IMG/VR virus record: IMGVR_UViG_3300009419_000963
Coordinates: 1-28,422 of that record
DNA: 28,422 nucleotides
Reading direction: 5' to 3' (one strand)
Source of the DNA: a virus
Taxonomy: Duplodnaviria > Caudoviricetes
Positions 1 through 9,205 of this stretch are shown here, piece after piece. The number at the start of each line of letters is the position of its first letter. Within the stretch, counting starts at the first letter, position 1. Below the pieces are notes generated by a model that was not told where the DNA came from, searched no databases, and saw only the letters and a list, made by a program, of their open reading frames with translations. The position numbers were made by a program, and so were the translations under genes.

Positions 1-1
1 A

Positions 2-649
2 AATAATGGCGCAAACTTGGTTTCTGAGTATGGGTTTGAAATTTACGACAGTTCATCTATAAATATAAATTACATAAGAACTGTTGCAAAAAAGTTTAAG
101 AAGAGATACGGAAAGTTAGATTATATAATTATTGATTATTTACAGTTGATGAAGTCTGTTGAAAAAGGAAAAGGTAATAGAGAGCAGGAAATCAGTCAGA
201 TAAGTAGTTCTTTAAAAGCTTTTGCAAAGGATTTTGACATACCAGTTATAGCTTTATCTCAGTTAAGTAGGGACTTAGAAAAAAGAAGTGATAAGAGACC
301 GATGATGTCAGATTTAAGAGAGAGCGGTAGCTTAGAGCAAGATGCAGATTTAATTTATTTCCTTTATAAACCAAGCAATTACTATGATTACGAACAAGAC
401 CCTGATTATGGTAAAGGACAAGACAATAATGTTAGTCCTGATAATTACACACAACTAATTGAAATACTGATAGCTAAACATAGAAATGGTTCAGTAGGAG
501 ATGTATTTAAGGAAAAATTTCAAGGAGAGTTCTTTAAGTTTACAGAGTGGGGAACTTACGAATACGTTAGTGATGAGCAACGTAGCGTAGGGATTATTAA
601 ACCTAGTATAGAAAATTCATTTGATGACGAATCGCAATTACCATTTTAA
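2..649 (+). CDS. dnaB: Replicative DnaB-like (SF4) helicase, C-terminal part; 5' truncated by window edge
   Basis: Motifs IIIDYLQLM, NREQEISQISSSLK, LSQLSR, KRPMMSDLRESGSLEQDAD, IAKHRNG. Frame is open upstream of the TTG at 17 to the window edge. Confidence 0.95.
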   Translation, partial: NNGANLVSEYGFEIYDSSSININYIRTVAKKFKKRYGKLDYIIIDYLQLMKSVEKGKGNREQEISQISSSLKAFAKDFDIPVIALSQLSRDLEKRSDKRPMMSDLRESGSLEQDADLIYFLYKPSNYYDYEQDPDYGKGQDNNVSPDNYTQLIEILIAKHRNGSVGDVFKEKFQGEFFKFTEWGTYEYVSDEQRSVGIIKPSIENSFDDESQLPF

Positions 650-692
650 AAAAAAATACAGAAAAAATAAATAATCTATAAAAAAAAAACAC

Positions 693-1133
693 ATGAAAAA
701 GAATCTAAATTACAAAGAATGCTCGTTCATATTGAACAGAAGTGAGGAGTATTGCATTGGTCTCCTAATGAAGGAGAATGGCAAGATGGGAATTCAAAAA
801 GAATTGACCCCAAAAGAATTTAAGGAAGAAGCTGCATCTTGGTCAATATCAGTAGACAGGCTATCAGAGATAACAAAGATAGATGTGGCTCATTTGCTGG
901 AAGATATTAACAAGAACTTCTTTAGAAACGAGGTATGCGTTGAGTATTTGTTAAAGAAAGTAAATCAGAAGTTTAAACCAAATGCCAAGACTGGTGCGTA
1001 TCCAATATCGATAGTTATTCCTGAAGAAATAACAACTTTTATGAACGAAGAGAATCAGAAAAGGTGCATTAAGGTGTTAGAGGAAAGAGTAAGTAAAAAT
1101 GTTAACTTTAAACTAGTAAATAAAAACATATGA
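693..1133 (+). CDS. Hypothetical protein (146 aa)
   Basis: ORF with A-rich leader; ATGA overlap with next gene; no motif recognised. Confidence 0.75.
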   Translation: MKKNLNYKECSFILNRSEEYCIGLLMKENGKMGIQKELTPKEFKEEAASWSISVDRLSEITKIDVAHLLEDINKNFFRNEVCVEYLLKKVNQKFKPNAKTGAYPISIVIPEEITTFMNEENQKRCIKVLEERVSKNVNFKLVNKNI

Positions 1134-1504
1134 TAACAAAATCGCAATGGGCTGTCATGCCCGAAGAGGAAAAAGAGAAGATTATGACTAATATCAGGAT
1201 TTCAATGGTTGGCTTACACGCTACACTAAACGCAGCCAAACACTACAAAGATTTTATCAAGGAGTACGAGGTTGGAATAAGCAATAAGAAGACTGTTAAG
1301 GTTTTAAAGGACGCTTTTATTAGTTTAGAGTACTTACTAACATTTATCGACACTGCCTTTAAGGGTAGCAAGGAAGTCAAAGAAGAACATTTAGAGGCGG
1401 AACAAGAATTCACTTATAAGATTCTTGAAAACTTAGAAGACGAGTGTTTCCAGTTTGTTAATCACGAGATGGGTTTCAATATGATTAAAAAAGCTTTAGG
1501 ATAA
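1130..1504 (+). CDS. Hypothetical protein (124 aa)
   Basis: Translationally coupled on both sides (ATGA, TAATG). Confidence 0.75.
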   Translation: MITKSQWAVMPEEEKEKIMTNIRISMVGLHATLNAAKHYKDFIKEYEVGISNKKTVKVLKDAFISLEYLLTFIDTAFKGSKEVKEEHLEAEQEFTYKILENLEDECFQFVNHEMGFNMIKKALG

Positions 1505-1692
1505 TGGAGATTAGAATACTTAAACAGGGAATTTATGAGACGGACAAGGGAGAGAGGATAAAAATTATTGAAATATGGTATGGGGCTAACCCTCGTATCG
1601 TATTTCAAATAGGTGATACAGTTTATACAAGAAGTAGAGAGATTTTTGAGGAAGGAATCAGAAATAATAAAATTATTAAAAAACTTTTTTGA
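1504..1692 (+). CDS. Hypothetical small protein (62 aa)
   Basis: TAATG coupling to the upstream gene; plausible small beta-rich sequence. Confidence 0.65.
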   Translation: MEIRILKQGIYETDKGERIKIIEIWYGANPRIVFQIGDTVYTRSREIFEEGIRNNKIIKKLF

Positions 1693-1717
1693 AATGAGAA
1701 AAATATTTCTATATTTG
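1688..1717 (+). promoter_or_regulatory. Bacteroidota primary-sigma promoter
   Basis: TTTG (1688-1691), 18 nt spacer, TATATTTG (1710-1717). Confidence 0.6.
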
Positions 1718-1762
1718 CACTCGATTGTTGGATGTGATTAGTCCAAGTTCTTCATGTGATTG

Positions 1763-1796
1763 AAAAAAGCTCAGTAGTAATATTGGGCTTTTTTTT
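1763..1796 (+). terminator. Intrinsic terminator, possibly bidirectional
   Basis: A-tract, stem AGCTCAGTA/TATTGGGCT with GTAA loop, then a T-tract. Confidence 0.85.
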
Positions 1797-1811
1797 GTTT
1801 GAATATATGAT

Positions 1812-1819
1812 TACATTTG
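1812..1819 (+). promoter_or_regulatory. Bacteroidota -7 promoter element upstream of the virion cargo genes
   Basis: TACATTTG just after the terminator and 32 nt before ATG 1852; no canonically spaced -33 element. Confidence 0.5.
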
Positions 1820-1851
1820 CAATAGAAAAAATAATTTAAACTAATATTTTT

Positions 1852-2523
1852 ATGATACCACAAATTATAGGAGCAGGATTACAAGCGTACAATATGTACA
1901 ATTCTTGGCAAGACAAGAATAAGGCAGAAGCAGCTGCTGCCGAACTAGATAGACAGCCAGTTCCTCAATATACACCAAACTCAAGATTAAATAGTTTCTA
2001 TCAACAAGCAGTTGCTGGTGTTGCTAACCCACAAGGATATACAGGAGCAGAAACAGCAGGATACAACTCTCGCTTAGCTCAAATAATGGCTTCTAGAAAC
2101 TATAATGCTCAAAACATGGCTGGCGGTCAATTGTCAAGAGCTATTGGCGGTATGGGTAACGCTGAATCTATAAACGCTTTAAATCAATTTAGCGGTAACG
2201 ATGCTGCTTTAAGAAGAAGTGCTTATAACGCTGCTATGGGTAGACAACAAAGTGCTATGGGTCAATATCAAAGTTTAGCTAACATGAACACTCAAACAGC
2301 TTTACAAAGAAGATTAATGAAAGAGCAAGGTTTAGGTCAGGCTATTCAAACTAATAAAGCTATGTTTAGCAATAGTCTAAATAATTTAGGTGGAGACTTA
2401 ATGGGCTACGGTATGAATAAAGATATGATGTCTAAAAAAGCTCCTGCTCAAAGTCCAGATTTAAATAGATGGACTAGGTACGCTGACGATATAAATGGAG
2501 TTTCAAACCCTTATTCAGGATAA
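1852..2523 (+). CDS. Putative small ejection/internal virion protein (223 aa)
   Basis: Ala/Gln/Gly/Met-rich helical composition, hydrophobic N-terminus (IIGAGLQA), first gene of a small-medium-giant cluster as in podovirus ejection cassettes. Confidence 0.55.
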   Translation: MIPQIIGAGLQAYNMYNSWQDKNKAEAAAAELDRQPVPQYTPNSRLNSFYQQAVAGVANPQGYTGAETAGYNSRLAQIMASRNYNAQNMAGGQLSRAIGGMGNAESINALNQFSGNDAALRRSAYNAAMGRQQSAMGQYQSLANMNTQTALQRRLMKEQGLGQAIQTNKAMFSNSLNNLGGDLMGYGMNKDMMSKKAPAQSPDLNRWTRYADDINGVSNPYSG

Positions 2524-2525
2524 AA

Positions 2526-3866
2526 ATGGAAGATACTATAGGACTCGCAGGGAGCTTAGGCTTAATAAATAGAGGCGGAGCTGCTTTTGGCGGTAACGTA
2601 TTAACAAAAGCGTCTGGCAAAGAGCTTGAAATGGATGCTACTCAAAAGAGAGACGAGGCAAAAAGATTAGCTAAACAGGCTCAGGAAGAAGAGATGCTAC
2701 TTAAGAGGATAAATCCAACTGGAAAGTTTGATGAGTTGGCTAGGAACAACATGAGAAAAGCCTATGCCGATGTTATAATGAACAAAAAGTATAGAGACCC
2801 AGAAGAAAAATATAATTTTGACCTTTATAAAACTAAACAATTAGAGGCTACTCAAAAAAGAGCTGAGGTAAATGATTTTTTTACTAAAAATAAAACTTTA
2901 GTTCCAAATGATATTCTAGAAGCTTTTAAAAAGAGTGATGTTGCGACCTTAGAACAAAAATCAAAAGACCCTAATACTGGAGTTTATAGAGACCCTAATT
3001 TTGAAGACGTGTATTATATGTCTCCTGATAAAATAATTCCTAAAATTGACACAGAAGATGAGATGAAAAGAGCCGCTTCTGTTATATCTGAAGGTGATTA
3101 TGACGTAAAGAATCAAACTAAAATAGTTAAAAATGGAATAACTTATTTGCAATCATCAGTAAAACCTGAAGTATTAATAAGTGCTGCTCAAAGAGATTTA
3201 AAGAATAAAGTAAATTACGAAAACTTTAAAACTGATTACAAGGCAGAAATAGATAAGACAATGAAAGAAGACCCTAAATTAACAGAATTTACAGCTGCTA
3301 CAAAAGTGTATGCTCAAGAATTAGGTAAGATGGGTAAGAAAGAAGATATTATAAGACCTAGTAAAGGGGTGGTTATAAACAATACCTTTAATTCGACTAG
3401 TGGAGGAGGTTTTGAAAGTAAAAATGTTTCACTATATCCAGAAAAAAGTAAAGATTATCCTGACGGAGTTTTATATCGCTACAATAGAAAAGGAGCTAAG
3501 CCAGATGTATATAATTTAAATGTTGGCTCAAAAGACGATTCTGTAAAAAAATTCACAGAGGTTAATTATGTAATTAGGCTAGACGATGAGACAGGGCTTG
3601 TTATAGGAAAGAGAAAGAGGTTGGGCGATATTGACGATACGCCAGAAAACGAAGCGTATGAAGAGGAAACTAATGACCATAGAAATGTCCCAGCATCAAT
3701 AAAAGTTCCGCTTTCTGTTGTTTATGGAGAATTGCAAATAGATGATAAGACTTGGAAGGCGTTAAAGTCGGAAGGCAAGCCAGCAGTAAAAGCATCAGCG
3801 AATACAGGTGGAGCACCTAAACCAAAACCAGCTTCATCAGGTGGAGCACCAAGACCAAAAAAATAA
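2526..3866 (+). CDS. Putative internal virion/ejection protein (446 aa)
   Basis: Gly-rich N-terminus, charged helical body, duplicated GGAPxPK tail; position in cluster. Confidence 0.5.
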   Translation: MEDTIGLAGSLGLINRGGAAFGGNVLTKASGKELEMDATQKRDEAKRLAKQAQEEEMLLKRINPTGKFDELARNNMRKAYADVIMNKKYRDPEEKYNFDLYKTKQLEATQKRAEVNDFFTKNKTLVPNDILEAFKKSDVATLEQKSKDPNTGVYRDPNFEDVYYMSPDKIIPKIDTEDEMKRAASVISEGDYDVKNQTKIVKNGITYLQSSVKPEVLISAAQRDLKNKVNYENFKTDYKAEIDKTMKEDPKLTEFTAATKVYAQELGKMGKKEDIIRPSKGVVINNTFNSTSGGGFESKNVSLYPEKSKDYPDGVLYRYNRKGAKPDVYNLNVGSKDDSVKKFTEVNYVIRLDDETGLVIGKRKRLGDIDDTPENEAYEEETNDHRNVPASIKVPLSVVYGELQIDDKTWKALKSEGKPAVKASANTGGAPKPKPASSGGAPRPKK

Positions 3867-3878
3867 AAATATTAGGAT

Positions 3879-6800
3879 ATGCCACAAGAACCAGATTACA
3901 CAAGCGAAATATATAAATACCTAGGAACTTTAGATAAAACTTATCAAAAAGAAGTTAGTTTAGATAAATTCAAGGAGTCTATGAAGGATAAAAACTATGC
4001 TTCTGATATTCATTCTTGGATTAGTAGTAAGGACGAAACATTTACTAAAGATGTGCCTTTTGATGATTTTTACGGCTCAATAAATCCAAAAACTCCTGTT
4101 GTTCCATCGTTCTCAACGGACATGAAGAACACAAATACAAATCCTGTAATGAAGAATTCTCCTTTACAGGCAAATGTAGATAAACTTGTAAAAGAGCCTG
4201 TTGCCTTAAAAGTTCCGCAAGAAAATCCTTTTTTAAAGAAGGCTAACGACTTAGCTTGGGATAAAACTCCTTTAGGTCAAGAACAAAAGAAAACAGAAAT
4301 AGTTGGTATGCTTCCTCAGACTCCAGCAAAGCCTACAATGACTGTTAAAAGTGAAGAGGATAAAATAATAGAATCAGGTATAAATGGTCTTCCAGCACTA
4401 TCTAAAATAATGCTGAAGAACAATCCTATATACAATAGAGATTTTAATGATTGGTTAAAAGTAAATCCAAAAGAAGCTCAAAGATTAAATGCTTACGCCA
4501 ATAACAAAGACGTTCAATCTGAATATCAAAAATCTCAAGTTTTTGATAAATTTCAAAAAGATATATTAGCTTCTAGAATTTTAAAGCTTACAGAGCTAGA
4601 AACTATGGGTGCTGGTGAAATTCTTAAACAAAAGAATGATTTATACACTAATATAAATAAGGTATCTGACGACTTAAAGAAGAAACAAACAGAACTTAAC
4701 TTTTATCAAAATACTTTTTTAAAGCAAAGTGGAAATATAGATTTAGTAGATAGAATAAAAGAACTTTCTAATATTTTAAATAAATACGATAAAGAAAAAA
4801 TAACTAATACCTTAACAGGAATAGATGGAGAGCTAAATGCAATAATCAATGAAATAAAATCTATTACAAGTGAAGACAATACTATAGCACAAGAGTATGC
4901 AGCACAGTATACTCAATTATATTCTAGGGCTAAGTCTTTAGAACAAGAAAGAACTAATATTGAAAACGACCCAGAGTTTTTAAAGTATAACGCTGCCATA
5001 AATGAATATAACAATGTTCAAAAAGAAATAAATAATAATATTGGAAACTTAAATAATGACCCTGAATACAAGAAAACAGTAGAAGGGTATAATTCATTAT
5101 TTAATAAGTACAAACAAATTGCAGGAAGTATTGAAGGTCTCAAAAAAGATGACCCTTTAGTTAATGAGTATTTAAGTCTGTCTAAGCAAGTTGCTGATAT
5201 AGACAAAACTTACAAATCTATAAACAGCGGATTTTTTATTAAAGCAGAAAGAGATAGATTACAAAAAGAATCTAATGAAAAAGGTGAGTTTTCTGGTAAA
5301 ATAGTAGGAGTTGTTCAGTCAATACCACAGGCAGTATTTTCATTAGCAGCTGGAGGAATTGATTTAATAAACTCTGTTAACGAAGGAGTTAAAGGTAATA
5401 GCACTAGTTTAACTTACACTACTTTAGATAAAGCAGCTGATTTTTATAACACTCTTGAAAAGGTTACTGGTTTTATAGCTCCAGAAGCTAAATCAATTAA
5501 AGAAAATGGTGACATAAATTGGGCTGACATACCTTACGAAGCATTTCAACAAGTTGGTAATCTTGCTGTTATGGCTGTTACTGGAGGTTCAAGTACTTCA
5601 ATGATGGTTGGCTCTGCTTATTTAATGTCTAGAAAAGGCAGAACAGACGAAGCTGACGAAGCTGGGTTAACAGGAGTTTCAAAAGAAATATATGTAAATG
5701 GGCTATCTTTATTAGAAGGTTTTTCTGAGTTAATAATGCCAGATGCTCAACTATTTACAAGAACAATAAGACAAAAGCTATTAAAAGATGCTGTATTAGC
5801 TCAGACGAAAGGAATTGTGTGGTTTAGAAAGCAGGCAATGGTTACTGTATTGGAAAATATGGGGAAAGAGGACGCTGAAGAACTAATTGTTAAACTTGGA
5901 GAGCTTGGTGCTCAATATGCTAACAATCTAGAACAAGGTAAAAATGTTTTTGACATAAAGAAAAGCAATACTGCAAACGAATATTTAAGAACAATTCTTA
6001 TAGCAGCTCCTTTGGCAGGAATAAGCACAGGGTTAAGTAAGATAGGTGTGCCCAAGAAAGAATTAGATATAGCAAGATTTATTGCTGCTAAAAATATAAC
6101 TCAAACTAGACAAATACTTTCTGATTTGGTTGCTTCAGGAAAAATAACACAACAAAAAGCAGATGAAAATTATAAGCAAATAATTAGATACGCTGCTGTT
6201 CAAAATGTTATGCCTAAAGACATTTCTCCAGAAAAGGCTATTCAATTAGTTCCCCTTATAGAAGAAAACAAAGAACTAGAGCTGCAAATTAAAACTGGCG
6301 GTATTAGCGATATGTTTATCAGTTCTATAAAGGAAAAAATAAAAGAAAATAACGATAAAGCTCAGGCAATATTAGAAACTCCTAGCACTAGAGCTGATAT
6401 AGCACCATCTGCTGAACTAAAAGCATCGGAAGAAATTACAGAAGAAACACCAGCACCTAACACTAAGTTTTATCAAGGTGTTGATTTTAAGGCACAAACA
6501 GGATTGCCTAATGGTGATTACACTGAAGAGCAAGTAAAGGCAGCAAGAGAGGCTAAATTAAAAGAAGCAGGTGTAACGCCAGCAGAAATAGAAAAGACAA
6601 TAAATGCAGAACAAGAAGTTATACCAGCAATTGAAACCCCTGCTGCACCAATTAGCGGTGTTAGTGGTGAGGTACAGGCATCTGGTGATGTAGAAGAGAA
6701 AATAAAAAGCTTGCCAAAAGAAAAGCAAGACGAATTAAAACTTTCTTTGTACAAAGAAGAAATAGCTCAATTAATTAAAAGTGGCAAAATAGAATACAAA

Positions 6801-7979
6801 GATGACGTTACTGGAAAGCCATGCTTAAGATACGGAGGAAGAGGAAATAGCTTTAATAGAGGCAGTGAGTGGGAAATAGTAAAAGATTTAAAAGGGTACA
6901 AGTCTCACGAGCAAGGTGGTGTTGACTTAAAGATAGGGAAAGACGGTGTAAATGTTTTTAGTGGCAAATCTAGTTTTTATGCTAAAGACGGATTATTGTT
7001 TAGCGATGGAGACCCTATAGAAAAAAGAATAGCTCCAACATTTTCTGAAAAAGAATCAAATAAAATTAAACAGGACGAGGCTTTTCTATCAGACTTTATA
7101 AGAAGTCCAAAGTACAGAGAAATGCTTTTAAAGCAATTTGGTGGAGACGAAAAGGCAACAGACGATAACATAGGTAAAAGATTAGAGCAGCTTCAATTGA
7201 CAAAATACGACAATACTGCTATAAATAAAAAAACTGGAGAAGTCGGAAAACCAGGGACTTATGTTAAAACTAGACTGCCTTTTGGTAAAGCTGCTATAGC
7301 TGAAACAATAGACCCTAAAAATAATGAAGATAATTTACAGGGAGACATATTCCTTCCTTCAGATGCTTTTACTTCTGGTTTAGATTTTGAGTCAGTTGGC
7401 TTAGACCCAACTAACTACGGTATGTATCCGTTAAGTGCAAATGTTCCTTTGCATGAGATGACACACAGGTCTTTAGGAGTTAATGATGAAAACATTACGC
7501 CTTACGCAGAAGAAAAAGTAAAAAACATAATGGCTGGCACTTACCCATTTGCAGATAACATGGGCAATAAAATGGGAGTAAATCCAGACTCTGACCCTAC
7601 TGGAATTGGTGCTAAGAATAAAGCAAATGATGATTATTGGCAAAGACCTACGGAAGTTTTAGCAAGAACAAATGCATTTAGAAAGCTGTTGTATGACAAC
7701 GGTGTATACGACCCTAAAACAGAAAGTATAGACAAAGAAAAGTATAACGCATTTAAAGATAAGCTTAACAAAAGATACGATGAGCTTAGCGATAAACCTT
7801 ATAGAAAAATGTCAGAAGAAGAAAAAAAGGAATTAAGAGAAATATCTGATATTAATCAAGGTTTTGGTTACATGAATGATTCTATTTTTGAAAAACAAAA
7901 AGAAGATGACGACAAAAAAAGATTGTGGATGTTAAACAATTTAGTTAAAATAAAAAGGGAGGACGAAAACAATGTTTAA
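3879..7979 (+). CDS. Giant virion cargo protein 1 (1366 aa) with C-terminal HEXXH zincin-like module
   Basis: N-terminal two-fold repeat, long coiled coil, Gly/Ala-rich hydrophobic segments, SHEQGGV motif (6903-6923), LHEMTH (HEMTH at 7452-7466) and downstream PTEVLAR. Confidence 0.6.
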   Translation: MPQEPDYTSEIYKYLGTLDKTYQKEVSLDKFKESMKDKNYASDIHSWISSKDETFTKDVPFDDFYGSINPKTPVVPSFSTDMKNTNTNPVMKNSPLQANVDKLVKEPVALKVPQENPFLKKANDLAWDKTPLGQEQKKTEIVGMLPQTPAKPTMTVKSEEDKIIESGINGLPALSKIMLKNNPIYNRDFNDWLKVNPKEAQRLNAYANNKDVQSEYQKSQVFDKFQKDILASRILKLTELETMGAGEILKQKNDLYTNINKVSDDLKKKQTELNFYQNTFLKQSGNIDLVDRIKELSNILNKYDKEKITNTLTGIDGELNAIINEIKSITSEDNTIAQEYAAQYTQLYSRAKSLEQERTNIENDPEFLKYNAAINEYNNVQKEINNNIGNLNNDPEYKKTVEGYNSLFNKYKQIAGSIEGLKKDDPLVNEYLSLSKQVADIDKTYKSINSGFFIKAERDRLQKESNEKGEFSGKIVGVVQSIPQAVFSLAAGGIDLINSVNEGVKGNSTSLTYTTLDKAADFYNTLEKVTGFIAPEAKSIKENGDINWADIPYEAFQQVGNLAVMAVTGGSSTSMMVGSAYLMSRKGRTDEADEAGLTGVSKEIYVNGLSLLEGFSELIMPDAQLFTRTIRQKLLKDAVLAQTKGIVWFRKQAMVTVLENMGKEDAEELIVKLGELGAQYANNLEQGKNVFDIKKSNTANEYLRTILIAAPLAGISTGLSKIGVPKKELDIARFIAAKNITQTRQILSDLVASGKITQQKADENYKQIIRYAAVQNVMPKDISPEKAIQLVPLIEENKELELQIKTGGISDMFISSIKEKIKENNDKAQAILETPSTRADIAPSAELKASEEITEETPAPNTKFYQGVDFKAQTGLPNGDYTEEQVKAAREAKLKEAGVTPAEIEKTINAEQEVIPAIETPAAPISGVSGEVQASGDVEEKIKSLPKEKQDELKLSLYKEEIAQLIKSGKIEYKDDVTGKPCLRYGGRGNSFNRGSEWEIVKDLKGYKSHEQGGVDLKIGKDGVNVFSGKSSFYAKDGLLFSDGDPIEKRIAPTFSEKESNKIKQDEAFLSDFIRSPKYREMLLKQFGGDEKATDDNIGKRLEQLQLTKYDNTAINKKTGEVGKPGTYVKTRLPFGKAAIAETIDPKNNEDNLQGDIFLPSDAFTSGLDFESVGLDPTNYGMYPLSANVPLHEMTHRSLGVNDENITPYAEEKVKNIMAGTYPFADNMGNKMGVNPDSDPTGIGAKNKANDDYWQRPTEVLARTNAFRKLLYDNGVYDPKTESIDKEKYNAFKDKLNKRYDELSDKPYRKMSEEEKKELREISDINQGFGYMNDSIFEKQKEDDDKKRLWMLNNLVKIKREDENNV

Positions 7980-9141
7980 GAATATAACAGTAGAAGCAGA
8001 AAATAACGAACTAATACTTAAAAATAAAAAAGGAGATTATGTTATTATACCTGCTAATAAAAGAAATTGGGTGAAGTCTAAGATAAAAGAAAAATGTCAC
8101 ACCTGTATTGACTCACTTGTGGAATCTCTTCCAGTAGCAAGTCAATATGCTGAGTTTGGTAGCGTATATTCTGAGGATGATTTTGACCCTGAGGACTTAC
8201 TTCTTAGCAAAGGAAAAGCAAAAAAACAAATTAAAAATGCTGTTGAGTTTAAAAGCGATGAAGAATTGCAAGAGTTTGTTAAAGCTAAAAAGAAGTTAGG
8301 GCACAGGATAAGTTATGCTGACGCAACAAGATATATAGACATGAACAAACTAGAGGGAAAAGATTTATATAAATTTGTTTCAGAGAATGTAAAGCAAGGG
8401 TTTAAAATGAGTAATCCAAAAGAATGGGTCAAAGAAGTTCCTAATAAAGATTACGTTCCCCCAATTACCGAGGCTCAAATATTAAATTATAGAAAGTTTC
8501 AAGAAACATCTGGAAAATTAAAAGCAGACCCTACCTTTGCGGAGTTGAAAACATTTTTAGAAAAAAGTGGATATTCTCCAAATGCAGCTGGATTAAAATC
8601 TGGGGAGATGACTGGAAAAAATATATTAGACATGGCTAAACGCAAAGGAGTTCCGTTAACTAAAAATGAAGATGGTACATATTCTATGATGGATGATGAG
8701 AATACGTTCCTTGATACTAATCAATCATTTGCAAAACAAAGAATTATTCATCCAGACGCAACTTACATGAGCACTCCTTATGTAAAAGGAAATGATATTG
8801 TTAATTATTATAATATGACAGTAGAGCCTAAATATGCAGAAAGAATGCCTACACCGCAAGAGGAAAAAGATTACACAGAAGGAAGATACTTTACAGAAGG
8901 AATGACTCCAGAATTTAATACTGTATATCTTGATTCTTATTTTGACCCAAAAACAGCCAATAGCGAACAGTCTTTAACAATGAAAGCAAACAATGAAGAG
9001 ATGACTCAAAGATATAAAAAGGTAAAAGAAATTGCTGACAATGTTCAGAAATATAAAAACTCTGAAGAATACAAAAAGATAAGGAATGGCAAGCAACAAA
9101 AGATGCCTTTAATCCTGCTAAGTGGGATACAAGAGGTTTAA
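7972..9141 (+). CDS. Hypothetical protein with CxxC motif (389 aa); C-terminus may continue in the -1 frame to 9197
   Basis: Overlaps upstream stop; KCHTCID at residues 41-47; see frameshift finding. Confidence 0.7.
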   Translation: MFKNITVEAENNELILKNKKGDYVIIPANKRNWVKSKIKEKCHTCIDSLVESLPVASQYAEFGSVYSEDDFDPEDLLLSKGKAKKQIKNAVEFKSDEELQEFVKAKKKLGHRISYADATRYIDMNKLEGKDLYKFVSENVKQGFKMSNPKEWVKEVPNKDYVPPITEAQILNYRKFQETSGKLKADPTFAELKTFLEKSGYSPNAAGLKSGEMTGKNILDMAKRKGVPLTKNEDGTYSMMDDENTFLDTNQSFAKQRIIHPDATYMSTPYVKGNDIVNYYNMTVEPKYAERMPTPQEEKDYTEGRYFTEGMTPEFNTVYLDSYFDPKTANSEQSLTMKANNEEMTQRYKKVKEIADNVQKYKNSEEYKKIRNGKQQKMPLILLSGIQEV

Positions 9142-9205
9142 TGACAGGAAAAGAATTTATGGAAGGTTTAAAATACGGAAACAGCACAACACACTAAATT
9201 AAACC

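Noticed and set aside
8095-8109. Heme-binding CxxCH motif
   Set aside because: Sequence is CHTCI, with no His after the second Cys.
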